A stretch of DNA of 64,000 bases from positions 557,126 through 621,125 of the forward strand of contig JAJDCD010000023.1 in NCBI GenBank assembly GCA_029261035.1, written 5' to 3'. This DNA comes from Candidatus Omnitrophota bacterium. Lineage in GTDB: Bacteria; Omnitrophota; Omnitrophia; Omnitrophales; JACROU01. Shown piece after piece: positions 8,513 through 18,482 of this stretch. The translations under genes were made by a program, and so were the position numbers. The notes beneath the pieces were generated by a model. It was not told the origin of the DNA. It ran no database searches and worked only from the letters and a program-made list of their open reading frames with translations. How positions within the stretch are numbered: position 1 is the first letter of the stretch; every line of letters starts with the position of its first letter.

Positions 8513-9244
8513 CTAACCTTTACTTGTTTCTAAGGCCTCTAACTTTTTAATGCGATCAGGGGTTGGAGGGTGAGTGCTTAAGAACCCAGGGGAACTCGAA
8601 CCTCCTTCAAGCGCTTGGAGTTTTCTTAAAAAATTGGTCAGTCCATCTGAAGGTCGGTCTGCTTTTTGTAATAACATATAACCTATTTCGTCGGCTTCGT
8701 ATTCATCGCTTCGGCTGTACTTGCTTAAAATACTCCCTTGGGCTATTTGAACCGCAATGTCTTTGACTTGATTTTGATTTCCTTGTAAAACTAAACCTGA
8801 AAGGTAACTTAACCCATAAGCTCTTGTAAGAGATTTTGTGGGGTGTCTTTCATAAGCATGACCTATTTCGTGAGCCATAACTCCAGCAACCTCATTTTCA
8901 CTTGCCATAGTTAGAAGCCCTGTATGAACATAGATAGAACCTCCGGGTATAGTGAAGGCATTAGGGGAGTTGTCTTCTACCACAAAGAATTTATAATCAA
9001 AACTTTGATTGGGCAAGGCTTGTACCAACTGACTTCCTAAGGTTTGGACAAGGGTGTTGGAGCTACCTCCCCCTACTATTTTCATTTCGCTGGATATGGC
9101 CGAGGACATATCAACACCTAAGGATTTTTCCTGATCAATCGAAATGATATTTGCATCCGAAATAAAACTACCTACAGAGGCACAGCTAGAAAGAGCAAAA
9201 GAAAGAGTGAGCAGGAACATAATTTTACTTAGGACATTTTTCAT
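8513..9244 (-). CDS. M48 family zinc metalloprotease lipoprotein (BepA/LoiP-like)
   Basis: Lipobox LSSC; PNAFTIPGG, HEIGH, E-x-EAD, STHP motifs. Confidence 0.9.
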   Translation of the reverse strand: MKNVLSKIMFLLTLSFALSSCASVGSFISDANIISIDQEKSLGVDMSSAISSEMKIVGGGSSNTLVQTLGSQLVQALPNQSFDYKFFVVEDNSPNAFTIPGGSIYVHTGLLTMASENEVAGVMAHEIGHAYERHPTKSLTRAYGLSYLSGLVLQGNQNQVKDIAVQIAQGSILSKYSRSDEYEADEIGYMLLQKADRPSDGLTNFLRKLQALEGGSSSPGFLSTHPPTPDRIKKLEALETSKG

Positions 9245-9429
9245 TAGAATCACCTATATTTTAATAATAGCATTTAAAAAGAGTTATCCATATAAAGAGA
9301 TTTACAATTAGTATGGGATTCAGTAGTATAACTGTTTACTTATTATAATTTCGACATATTTATAGTAGTTTTGAGATTTAGTTTTTGATTTACCTAATTA
9401 TGTCTAATTCAAAAATTGTGAGGCTATTA

Positions 9430-10974
9430 ATGAGAAATACTTACACAGGAATTCTTTCCACTTTGGTTTTAGTAGTATCATTTGCTCTGGTCGGTTGCGG
9501 AACTATGAGTTACTCGGGCAATAATGTTAGCAAATCTTCCAGTCAATCTTCAATAACGAATGGTATGAGCGTCATTAAATCAGCATTTCCTACAGGGAGC
9601 ACCTCTAGTAGTGTTCTTGGAATTAAAAAGTGGGCTCCAGCTGAAGTGCGTGTGGGTCAACCAACAGATTTTTACATTGAAGTAAGCAATTTGACAAACT
9701 TGAAATTAAACAATGTGGTGGTTTCTGAGGGGCTTTCTAATGATGAGAAAGCAAATTCAGGTAATTTCAAATTGACGTCTTCTAGTCCTGAAGTTTCTGG
9801 AGATGCAGATACTCTTATTTGGAATTTGGGTAATTTGGATCCAAAAGAAAGTCGCACGATTAAGTTTACAGGAGTTTCTAGTGGTGTTGGGCCCATTCCT
9901 TGTTGTACCGAAGTAACTTATGATCCAACTCTTTGCTTGAAACAGAATATCGTTGATCCAGGTCTTGCTTTGGCGATTCAAGCGCCTGCAGAAGCAATTC
10001 TTTGTGACAGTATTCCTTTAACTTTTACTGTTTCTAACCCAGGAAGAGGGTCTGCGAGGAATGTGATCATTACTTCTCTGCTTCCTTCAGGATTAAAAAC
10101 GTTAGATGGAAAAAACTCTGTTTCTTACAATGCAAATGAATTGCCTTCTGGTGAAAAGCGTGAATTTACAGTAAATGTAAAAGCAGCTCAGCCTGGAAAA
10201 TATTCTTCTCAAGGAACTGCTACAGCGGATTCTGGATTATCTACAAAAGCTCAACCCGTAAGCGTTCTTGTCCGCCAACCAAAATTGGCTCTCAATATTT
10301 CTGGTCCAAGCACCATTATTATTGGACGAAATGTTCAGTACAAGATTGCGGTCAGCAATCGAGGAGATGCGATTGCTAAGGGTGTTGTGATTGAAAGCCC
10401 ACTACCTTCTTATATGACTTTTGTTAGTGCTTCTGACGGTGGAAGTGCTTCTGATGGGAAAGTGATTTGGAGTGTTGGTTCTATTCCTCCAAATCAATCT
10501 AAGAATATTACTGTTACATTAAAATCTTCAAAATTAGGATCTGCTACTAGCTCCGTTGTGGCTTCCGGAGTATGTTGTAATGACGCTTCTGCAGTTGCGA
10601 GCACAGAGCTTAAAGGTGTTCCTGCTGTTCTTCTTGAAGTGATAGATGTTAAGGATCCAATTAGCGTTGGAGAGAGCACAACCTATATTATCAATGTAAC
10701 AAACCAGGGTTCTGCTAAAGATACAAATATTAAGATTACAGGTTTCTTGGAAGACAATGTTATGTTTGTTAGTGCTTCTGGAGCAACAAGGGGTAGTTTG
10801 AATGGTGTGAAAGTTGAATTTATTCCTTTAGCTTCTTTAGAGGTTGGACAAAAGGCTTCTTGGATTATCGAAGTTAAAGCGGTTAAGCCGGGTGACAGTC
10901 GTTTTAAGGCTATAATGACAACCGACCAATTAACTCGTCCTGTTGGGGAAAGTGAAGCTACTAACGTTTATTAA
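9430..10974 (+). CDS. DUF11-repeat lipoprotein, chlamydial OmcB-like
   Basis: Lipobox LVGC; repeated Ig-like units (Y-x-I-x-V-x-N-x-G, WNLG); C-terminal LLEVIDVKDPISVGE...ESEATNVY resembles OmcB. Confidence 0.75.
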   Translation: MRNTYTGILSTLVLVVSFALVGCGTMSYSGNNVSKSSSQSSITNGMSVIKSAFPTGSTSSSVLGIKKWAPAEVRVGQPTDFYIEVSNLTNLKLNNVVVSEGLSNDEKANSGNFKLTSSSPEVSGDADTLIWNLGNLDPKESRTIKFTGVSSGVGPIPCCTEVTYDPTLCLKQNIVDPGLALAIQAPAEAILCDSIPLTFTVSNPGRGSARNVIITSLLPSGLKTLDGKNSVSYNANELPSGEKREFTVNVKAAQPGKYSSQGTATADSGLSTKAQPVSVLVRQPKLALNISGPSTIIIGRNVQYKIAVSNRGDAIAKGVVIESPLPSYMTFVSASDGGSASDGKVIWSVGSIPPNQSKNITVTLKSSKLGSATSSVVASGVCCNDASAVASTELKGVPAVLLEVIDVKDPISVGESTTYIINVTNQGSAKDTNIKITGFLEDNVMFVSASGATRGSLNGVKVEFIPLASLEVGQKASWIIEVKAVKPGDSRFKAIMTTDQLTRPVGESEATNVY

Positions 10975-10991
10975 TATTCTAATATAAGAAT

Positions 10992-11028
10992 AAAGGGGTG
11001 GAGAGAAATCTTTCCACCCCTTTTTTTT
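10992..11028 (+). terminator. intrinsic terminator
   Basis: AAAGGGGTGGA...TCCACCCCTTTTTTTT. Confidence 0.85.
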
Positions 11029-11040
11029 ATGGTGTGATGT

Positions 11041-12078
11041 ATGAACGATAAAAATTCTAGTTGTCATCAACCGAAAGCGCCTTGGTATTTAAAGCCTCTG
11101 GTTATTGTTTCTTTGATAACAATAGCTTTATTAATGCTTTCTGTTTTTATTTCGTTTCTAAAACCCTTTCAAATTTCATTTATAGAATATGCACAGATGG
11201 TGACTTTCCCTATATTGCTCGGATTTTTTCTTGGGGGAATGATAGATCGGTTTGTTCCTAAAGAATATGTTAGTAAAGTATTAGGAAGTAAAAAGAAAAG
11301 AACGGTTGTTTATGCTGTTGCTCTTGGTTTTTTAATGAGTGCTTGCAGTCATGGCATTTTGGCATTGTCGATGCAGCTTCACAAAAAAGGGGCAGCAGGT
11401 TCTTCCGTTGTCGCTTTTTTATTAGCGAGTCCATGGGCTAATTTAGCCATTACCGTTTTACTTGTAGGGTTTTTTGGTCTGAAGGCTTTTTTGATTATTC
11501 TTTCTGCTCTTTTGATTGCTTTATCAACAGGCATTTTTTTTCAATTTTTAGAATCAAAAAATAAAATAGAGATCAATAAAAATGTATTAGAAATTGAGAC
11601 TCATTTTTCGATTTTTGAGGATGTGAAGAGACGCTTTGAAGAATATCGTTGGGGGTGGGGTCAGTTTAAGTTAGATTGTATTGGGGTAGGACGAGGAATT
11701 TTTTCGCTGATGGAAATGGTTCTTTGGTGGATTTTAATCGGAATGGTATTGGCTAGTTTGATTTCTGCATATATGCCTCATGATATTTTTCAGCGCTTTT
11801 TAGCACCCAATGGAATGGGGCTCCTCATAACACTTTTAGCGGCAACGGTGATTGAAGTATGCTCCGAAGGAAGCGCTCCTTTAGCTTTTGAAATCTTTCG
11901 TCAAACAGGAGCCTTTGGAAATGCGTTTGTTTTTCTGATGGGGGGTGTCGTCACCGATTATACAGAAATAGGGCTTGTATGGACGAATTTAGGCAAAAAA
12001 ACAGCCCTTTGGATGATAGTTGCTACTCTTCCTCAGGTTTTGTTTATGGGCTTTTTGCTTAATCTCATTCGATCATAG
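11041..12078 (+). CDS. DUF318/ArsP-type predicted permease
   Basis: Multiple TMs; SACSHG, FLLASPW and EVCSEGS motifs. Confidence 0.8.
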   Translation: MNDKNSSCHQPKAPWYLKPLVIVSLITIALLMLSVFISFLKPFQISFIEYAQMVTFPILLGFFLGGMIDRFVPKEYVSKVLGSKKKRTVVYAVALGFLMSACSHGILALSMQLHKKGAAGSSVVAFLLASPWANLAITVLLVGFFGLKAFLIILSALLIALSTGIFFQFLESKNKIEINKNVLEIETHFSIFEDVKRRFEEYRWGWGQFKLDCIGVGRGIFSLMEMVLWWILIGMVLASLISAYMPHDIFQRFLAPNGMGLLITLLAATVIEVCSEGSAPLAFEIFRQTGAFGNAFVFLMGGVVTDYTEIGLVWTNLGKKTALWMIVATLPQVLFMGFLLNLIRS

Positions 12079-12093
12079 GGAGAGACTAAACAA

Positions 12094-12672
12094 TTGAAGA
12101 GCTTAGAGAGTTTGTTGAAAGAGATTCGAGCTTGTACGGTTTGTGAGAAACACTTACCTTTAGGAGCGAATCCGATTGTGAGGGCCAAGAAGTCAGCGAA
12201 GCTTTTAATTGTGGGACAAGCCCCTGGAACAAAAGTTCATCAAACGGGGATTCCGTGGAACGATCCTAGTGGTGATCGTTTGAGAGATTGGCTGGATATG
12301 GATCGAGATACGTTTTATAATGAAGATTATATTGCGATTGTCCCAATGGGATTCTGTTATCCGGGAAAGGGAAAATCAGGAGACTTACCTCCTAGAGAAG
12401 AGTGTGCTCCCTTGTGGCATGAAAAAGTTTTAAATCAATGTTCTAATGTAGAACTTGTCTTGCTGATCGGAATGTATTCTCAAAATTATTATCTTGAGTC
12501 CAAATCTACTTTAACCGAGACTGTTAGGTCGTGGAAGGAATATGGGCCGCTCTACTTTCCGTTACCACATCCTTCTCCTAGAAATCGTTTGTGGGTAAAA
12601 AAGAATGATTGGTTTGAAAAAGAAGTTGTTCCTATTTTGAGAAAAAGAGTTAAAAAATTATTTAAAGGATAA
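12094..12672 (+). CDS. uracil-DNA glycosylase superfamily protein
   Basis: C-x2-C, VGQAPG, WNDPSG, FCYPG, PHPSPRN. Confidence 0.9.
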   Translation: MKSLESLLKEIRACTVCEKHLPLGANPIVRAKKSAKLLIVGQAPGTKVHQTGIPWNDPSGDRLRDWLDMDRDTFYNEDYIAIVPMGFCYPGKGKSGDLPPREECAPLWHEKVLNQCSNVELVLLIGMYSQNYYLESKSTLTETVRSWKEYGPLYFPLPHPSPRNRLWVKKNDWFEKEVVPILRKRVKKLFKG

Positions 12673-12676
12673 AGAG

Positions 12677-13678
12677 GTGAAGTTTATGTTAAGAAGATTG
12701 TTCGTGGTGTTAATGGTTTTAGGTTTTGTTTTTAGTTTGGGAGATTCTATTTATGCGAGCGGGTGGCGTTATGACTTAAAAGATTATTCGAATGCAGGTC
12801 ATGGCCCTGGAGAAGTTATTGATGCTCAAAAACCGCAGTCATTTAACGTTCCTGTAATGAAGGAAGGTAAGGATTATTTACAATTCTTTGCTATAGGTTG
12901 TGCGGGGTCGGGAAATGAGGGGCAGAGAATTATAGGTCGAAGGATGTCGGAAGTTGCTTCTAAAGAAGACGTCTCGTTTGTTCTTTATTTAGGGGACAAT
13001 TTTTACGGTCGAGGAGTGGATTCCGTAAAGGATAAAAAATGGAAGACTCAATTTGAAGATATTTACTTTCAAGACTCCTTACAAATTCCATTTTATGCTG
13101 TGTTAGGAAATCATGGTTATCATAAAAATCCATTAGCTCAAGTTGAGTATGGATTAACAAATGAGCGATGGAAAATGCCAGATCGTTTTTATCGTTTTAG
13201 CAAAACTCTTCCAGATGGAACGGAAGTTGATTTCTTTGGGATTGATACAGAGGCAATTATAAATAAATCGGACGCTAAGCAGTTGGTTTGGTTGGATCGC
13301 GAGTTAAAACGATCGGATGCTGATTGGAAAATTGTTTATGGCCATCATCCTTTATACACAGGTGACAAGTTTCATCATGAACGCGCTGAAAAAGCACGCA
13401 TTTTATTAGAACCTATTTTGATGAATAACAAAGTGGACTTATACCTTTCGGCCCATAGTCATAACATACAAGCCTTCAGACCGATTAAAGGAATTAATCA
13501 TTTGGTGACGGGTGCGGCTTCTCGTCCCAGGGATTTGAGATGGATTGAAAATACGATCTTTGCAAGTGCTGATTTAGGAGTTTCTTGGTTGAGAATTTCG
13601 AAAGAAAAAATAGATGTTTTAATTATTGATAAAGAAGGTAAGACGCAATTTGCTTATGAAATTAGTCCTAAAATTTAA
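12677..13678 (+). CDS. exported purple acid phosphatase-like metallophosphoesterase
   Basis: Signal peptide; GDNFY, LGNH, VYGHHP, AHSH; motif 1 is GCAG instead of GDxG. Confidence 0.8.
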   Translation: MKFMLRRLFVVLMVLGFVFSLGDSIYASGWRYDLKDYSNAGHGPGEVIDAQKPQSFNVPVMKEGKDYLQFFAIGCAGSGNEGQRIIGRRMSEVASKEDVSFVLYLGDNFYGRGVDSVKDKKWKTQFEDIYFQDSLQIPFYAVLGNHGYHKNPLAQVEYGLTNERWKMPDRFYRFSKTLPDGTEVDFFGIDTEAIINKSDAKQLVWLDRELKRSDADWKIVYGHHPLYTGDKFHHERAEKARILLEPILMNNKVDLYLSAHSHNIQAFRPIKGINHLVTGAASRPRDLRWIENTIFASADLGVSWLRISKEKIDVLIIDKEGKTQFAYEISPKI

Positions 13679-13704
13679 TTAGGATTTCAATAAGGAGTAA
13701 AAGC

Positions 13705-14148
13705 ATGTCAGATATTTTGCATCGTATTGGTGTTAAACAAAAATCGGATAAAGTTTATGAAGCCTTAACAACGATTGAAGGTTTGTCGGGGTGGTGGACA
13801 CCCCAAGTAAAAGGAACCCCGGATCAAGAAGGTGGGGTTATTGAATTTCGCTTTGGAGAATCGGGCCCAGATATGGAAGTTCGTACTTTGATTTTAAATA
13901 AACAGGTCGAATGGCTTTGTACTATAGGCCCAGAGGAATGGCTGGGAACGCGAATTAGTTTCTTTATTCAAGATTCAGGAGATGAAACGATAGTTTTGTT
14001 TGGCCATAGGGATTGGCAGTCTCCTAGCGAATTTATGGCACATTGTAGTTGTAAGTGGGCTGCTTTTTTGATTAGCTTAAAAGAATTTTTGGAATCGGGG
14101 AAGGGAAAGCCTTATCCTGATGATTTAAAAGTGGGGGAGTGGGGCTGA
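13705..14148 (+). CDS. SRPBCC/AHSA1 domain protein
   Basis: VYEALTTIEGLSGWW, EWLGT, LKEFLESGKG. Confidence 0.85.
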   Translation: MSDILHRIGVKQKSDKVYEALTTIEGLSGWWTPQVKGTPDQEGGVIEFRFGESGPDMEVRTLILNKQVEWLCTIGPEEWLGTRISFFIQDSGDETIVLFGHRDWQSPSEFMAHCSCKWAAFLISLKEFLESGKGKPYPDDLKVGEWG

Positions 14149-14308
14149 AAATTAAAAAGTTTAAAGTAAAAAATCAGAACCATAATTAAAAACTCAAACA
14201 TGAAGAAAGCTAGAGGTTTTGACTTTATATTAGAAGATTAGATAGTAAAAAGAATTTTTTGGGATTTTAAATTTTTAGTTATGGCTTTTACTTTTTACTT
14301 TTCAATTT
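14148..14308. repeat. heptamer-based inverted repeat element, copy 1
   Basis: Arms of AAAGTNA-like 7-mers ending in CCATAATTAAAAA; right arm overlaps the PEPCK stop codon. Confidence 0.7.
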
Positions 14309-17300
14309 CCACAAGGTGTTCTTTGAGTTGTTTTTGCAAAGGATCCGCGCCAATGGTTCCAGAAAGTTGTTCTATGTAGTCTGGTTTTTGAATTGCTTTA
14401 AAATACTGTTCTGCTTTTTCTAGCTGTTCTCTACTTCCCTTTTTTTGCTCTAAGTATTTAATATGTTTCTTCCAAAGATGAAGGTCTCTTTCTTGCTTTG
14501 TTCTTAGTCTATCTTGATACCAATCGCTTTCGAGTAGGTGTTTTTTTGTGAACAAATTTCTTATGTCTTTATGGTGCAAATCTTTTCCTTCGAAGTTCCC
14601 TTCAGCCATAATGTGAATTAATGCTTTGAGAGGAGGGCACAAGGCTTCGACACTTCCATCTTGAAGGTAATTTTCAGCGACTCTTTTTTGTGTAGCGACT
14701 AAGTTGTTAATTCCATCAACAAAAGAGAGTGCGTCTTGTTTTTCTGGTTTGAGCATTTCTTCGGTAAAAACAGCATTCGGATTATTAAAGATACGACCTA
14801 AGAAAGAATGAACAAATTTAATGGTAATTCGATAACCTAAAATGCTAGCGAGTACAGTTTTTCCTTCATAATCAAAATTTCTTACTTTTTCTAAATAACC
14901 ATTTTCGATTAAAAATTGAGGGTTTCTTTCAGCAACAGTCATGCGGCACCAAATTTCTGGAATGAGTAAACTGATGTCATGGTCCACTTTGTATTTAGGG
15001 CCAATATAGCCAGCGGCAGATGAAAAACCGTCATAGCCCGTAATCAAGTAGGAAACAAGAGCGTTATTTAAATCAGCAGCACTCCAAAGCGCATTAAAAG
15101 GTCCTTTGGTTAAAGCGCCTTCAGATCCAAAACCTGTTGTAGAAGGAGATTTCCCCGTGACGCTACAAGCAAAGTCCATGAATAATTCGGGTAGTTCCTG
15201 GTAATGAATTGGGTTATATACGGCTAAAGGAGGAACTCCTTGTTTTAAGTCTCTTGGATTGTTTCTGCGTCCTGGTAGCACTGCGTTCACGGGTAAATGA
15301 ACAGGTTTATCTAAAGATATTTTACGATAGAGTTGAGTTCCAATTGTTGCTAAGTATTTGTTGATGGGTTCTATATGATCCGGTCTTGTTTGTAAATAGC
15401 GTGGATTTTTTGTCATTTGACCATCAATAATTCTTGGGATAGAGGAACATACAACATAATCTGGTTTTTGGTCTGATGTAAAACGAGTGAGTAAGTCTTT
15501 GACGGGTTCTGTGTATTGCTCGAAACCGATGGCATCTTGTATGATTTCTTTTGCTTGGTTTTGACTTAGGGGTTCGTAGTTTGAAAGAAAGGAGTTTGAG
15601 GTTGAAAGGTCCAACTCTCCTTGTTTGTCGTATCCTATATGAATGCAATCGTCCGGTCTTTGGAATAAACGATTTTCACAATTGATTACCATTTTTACGC
15701 TATCATTTTTATAGTGAGGATTTAAATCATTTAAATATTTTTTTGGAACAACAACAGAAGCAGTAATGTCGTCTTCGGTTTGAATTTTTTCTGATGCATT
15801 ATAATCCTGTCTTAGCTTGTAAATCCTCCAAGAACCATCGGTTTCATGGCCTACGCGTAAATAGTTAGATACTAATTTTTTTTGTTCGTATTTAAGCTCA
15901 TGACCTAAACTGCCATTAATCATGTCGACAGAAAAATGTTCTTGCCAATTCTCACCCCATTCGGGACGGTAGTGTCGTTTGACTACAAACACAATATCTT
16001 TGATGTGTCTAGGGATTGCCTCTAACCAAGAGTTGTATTCATCCGTGTATTCTAAAGAAGGGGTGAATAGTTTGATTACAGAACCCAAAGAACGTTGAGG
16101 GCTTAGAAGGGGGCGGCTTTCTCTCTTTTCTTGATGAGGGAGGCGGAAGCGTATTCCAAAATCTTTGCTTAATATTTCTGTAACCATTTTCATGTCTTGA
16201 TGGAAGTCGGCAGTAAATACAGGGCCTTGAATCATGGCGTCTTGAATAGATTTAGAAATTTCCGATTTTCCACCACCAGAAACGGTGCACGGCTTATGAC
16301 AAAAAGTTCCTTCTCCCATAGTTCCTATCAGTTTCCAAGAATGACTTCCTTTTTGTTTTTCTAATTTTATTTTATATCCAGAGGGTAAGACGTAAGTGTG
16401 ATAAGCCAACAGTTTTATTTGTTGATCTTGGCCTTCGTGGGACCAAGTAATAGTTTGATCTTGTATGCGAAACCAAGCATTTTCGGGGATGTAAACAATG
16501 TTGGGATATTTTTTATCTGTAGCATAACCCTCAGGGTGGACATCCATAATTTCTTTATATAAATTAAGAACATCTTTGAAAGTGCTTTGATTTTCAGGCA
16601 AAATACTTTCTAAATGGAACTCTTCTCCTAAATCATAAGTTGGAAAAGCGATAGCTCCGCCAGAATGCTCTTCTTCACTGAGTCCGTATAGGTTGCTAGA
16701 AAAACTGATTTGGGTTTTGACTTCTTTTTTGCAATAACCAAAATAATTATCTGCAATCAAAGTAACCATTATGCCATTTTCATCTCGGCAGGTTGCTTTA
16801 AAAGCAATGCCATCATTGTAAAGTTCGTCTTCCTTACTCCAACACATTCCTTGCTTCTTTTGAGACTCTGTTGCTTCATCTATGTGAGGAAGGCCAAGGT
16901 CTTTCTTTTTTAAATAAATAAGGTGCGGAGCTAGAATAACGCATCCCGTATGGCCTGTCCAATGTTCTGTATCTAACCCAGCATCATTTTCTGGAAGGTA
17001 AGGGTTTCCCGCATTTCCAAAAATGGATTCAACAAAATCTAAATTGCTCACTAGGTTTCCTGGAGCAAAGAAGCGTATCTCATTACTTTTTTCTAAAATA
17101 AACCCTGGAACTTCCGGACATACGATGGGACGTAAAAGAAGCGAAACAAATAAATGATCCTGCTTTTTTTGAGCAGAAGAAAAAGGTAACAGCATAAGTT
17201 CTTTAGGTGGATTTAAAGCGGCTTCTAGCATTTTTTGGAAAGTAAGTTTTGGGACTGTTAATTTATCTCCAGAGATCGGCATTCCACCTTCTGAAACATG

Positions 17301-17669
17301 AAAAGCCCCTTTGGTTGTACGCCGATCACTTTTAGGGTTATGCAAAATACCTTGCTTGATTCTGTATGAGCATAAAATATCCGATTTAAACTCATCTTTA
17401 TCAAAAGGGAGAGACATGATGCGAGATAAACCATGATGATCTAGAACAAAAGTTTTTCTAGGGAGTTCGATGTTGGTATCTGAAGAAGTGTCTTGAAAAT
17501 AATTATTTAGAAAATCTTCAATACGTTGGTCTGCCGGGCAGACTTCGGGTGCAAAGGATTGATTGTTCAGTTTATTCAATTTGTCTTGAATATACTGAAC
17601 ACCTTCAGCGTTATCTGTTGAGGATACGCTTTTATTAGACTCGATACCTAGAGTAGATTTTAGTGACAT
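14295..17669 (-). CDS. PPi-dependent phosphoenolpyruvate carboxykinase
   Basis: 1124 aa; NPKSDRRTT, ADNYFGYCKKE, EEEHSGGA, CHKPCTVSGGGKSE, RLFQRPDD, GKSPSTTG typical of the PPi-PEPCK family. Confidence 0.85.
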   Translation of the reverse strand: MSLKSTLGIESNKSVSSTDNAEGVQYIQDKLNKLNNQSFAPEVCPADQRIEDFLNNYFQDTSSDTNIELPRKTFVLDHHGLSRIMSLPFDKDEFKSDILCSYRIKQGILHNPKSDRRTTKGAFHVSEGGMPISGDKLTVPKLTFQKMLEAALNPPKELMLLPFSSAQKKQDHLFVSLLLRPIVCPEVPGFILEKSNEIRFFAPGNLVSNLDFVESIFGNAGNPYLPENDAGLDTEHWTGHTGCVILAPHLIYLKKKDLGLPHIDEATESQKKQGMCWSKEDELYNDGIAFKATCRDENGIMVTLIADNYFGYCKKEVKTQISFSSNLYGLSEEEHSGGAIAFPTYDLGEEFHLESILPENQSTFKDVLNLYKEIMDVHPEGYATDKKYPNIVYIPENAWFRIQDQTITWSHEGQDQQIKLLAYHTYVLPSGYKIKLEKQKGSHSWKLIGTMGEGTFCHKPCTVSGGGKSEISKSIQDAMIQGPVFTADFHQDMKMVTEILSKDFGIRFRLPHQEKRESRPLLSPQRSLGSVIKLFTPSLEYTDEYNSWLEAIPRHIKDIVFVVKRHYRPEWGENWQEHFSVDMINGSLGHELKYEQKKLVSNYLRVGHETDGSWRIYKLRQDYNASEKIQTEDDITASVVVPKKYLNDLNPHYKNDSVKMVINCENRLFQRPDDCIHIGYDKQGELDLSTSNSFLSNYEPLSQNQAKEIIQDAIGFEQYTEPVKDLLTRFTSDQKPDYVVCSSIPRIIDGQMTKNPRYLQTRPDHIEPINKYLATIGTQLYRKISLDKPVHLPVNAVLPGRRNNPRDLKQGVPPLAVYNPIHYQELPELFMDFACSVTGKSPSTTGFGSEGALTKGPFNALWSAADLNNALVSYLITGYDGFSSAAGYIGPKYKVDHDISLLIPEIWCRMTVAERNPQFLIENGYLEKVRNFDYEGKTVLASILGYRITIKFVHSFLGRIFNNPNAVFTEEMLKPEKQDALSFVDGINNLVATQKRVAENYLQDGSVEALCPPLKALIHIMAEGNFEGKDLHHKDIRNLFTKKHLLESDWYQDRLRTKQERDLHLWKKHIKYLEQKKGSREQLEKAEQYFKAIQKPDYIEQLSGTIGADPLQKQLKEHLVEIEK

Positions 17670-17810
17670 CTTATTACCCTTTAAATAATGCTTAAAATAG
17701 AGCCTTTCATTGTATATAAATTGGGTTATTAGGTAAAGGGAGAAAGGGGATTTTTGTTTAAAAAGTACTTAAAGGTTGGTTTTGCAGCTGTTTATAGGCT
17801 GTTATCGGAT

Positions 17811-17840
17811 AAAAAGGGGTTGTTTCAACCCCTTTTTTTT
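17811..17840. terminator. intrinsic terminator after sodC
   Basis: AAAAAGGGGTTG-TTT-CAACCCCTTTTTTTT. Confidence 0.85.
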
Positions 17841-17849
17841 AACAGAGAT

Positions 17850-18374
17850 CTATTTTTTTACTAGAATGATACTGCCGCAACCGATGCGGGCTCCAGCATT
17901 TCCAGTGGGCTGACCAAAATCATCTGCCTTGGCATGGACAATAAAAGCCCTGCCACTCACAGTGAAATCAGAGTTTGTTAATGTAAGCTCAGAAAGGGTG
18001 ATGTCGAGCTCTCCATCCCCATTCTTATCAATTGTAATATTGCCTAGATCTCCTGCATGAGCCTTTTTAACGCCATCTTTAGAGAGAAGCCCATGTTCTG
18101 TCCCTTTAGGGTTGTAGTGGCCACCAGCAGCTTTTCCACCTTCGCTACACGAACCATATTGATGGATGTGGAACCCATGTTCTCCTGGCGGAAAATTGGA
18201 TAGTCGAGCGTTGACGACTAAACCCTCTTTAGTGTCTTCGAGGGCTATAATTCCTTGAGCTTTAGAACCTTCTTCGGTTCCTTGAATAATTGCGATTCCT
18301 TTTTGCGCCATAGCAGGTACGCAAGAAGATAAAATAAAAGTAACAAGCATTGAAGATAAAAGTAGTTTTTTCAT
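17850..18374 (-). CDS. sodC: periplasmic Cu/Zn superoxide dismutase
   Basis: Signal peptide; HGFHIH, GGHYNP, HAGDLGN, VHAKADD, GNAGARIGCG. Confidence 0.95.
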   Translation of the reverse strand: MKKLLLSSMLVTFILSSCVPAMAQKGIAIIQGTEEGSKAQGIIALEDTKEGLVVNARLSNFPPGEHGFHIHQYGSCSEGGKAAGGHYNPKGTEHGLLSKDGVKKAHAGDLGNITIDKNGDGELDITLSELTLTNSDFTVSGRAFIVHAKADDFGQPTGNAGARIGCGSIILVKK

Positions 18375-18482
18375 TTGGACCTCCGTTTTCAATAGTAGAA
18401 GTGTATCACTATTTTTTGGGGGTGGAAAGAGATTAAAATTAATGATATAAGATAGGATTCTATTGAAGAGGATACGAGGCTT

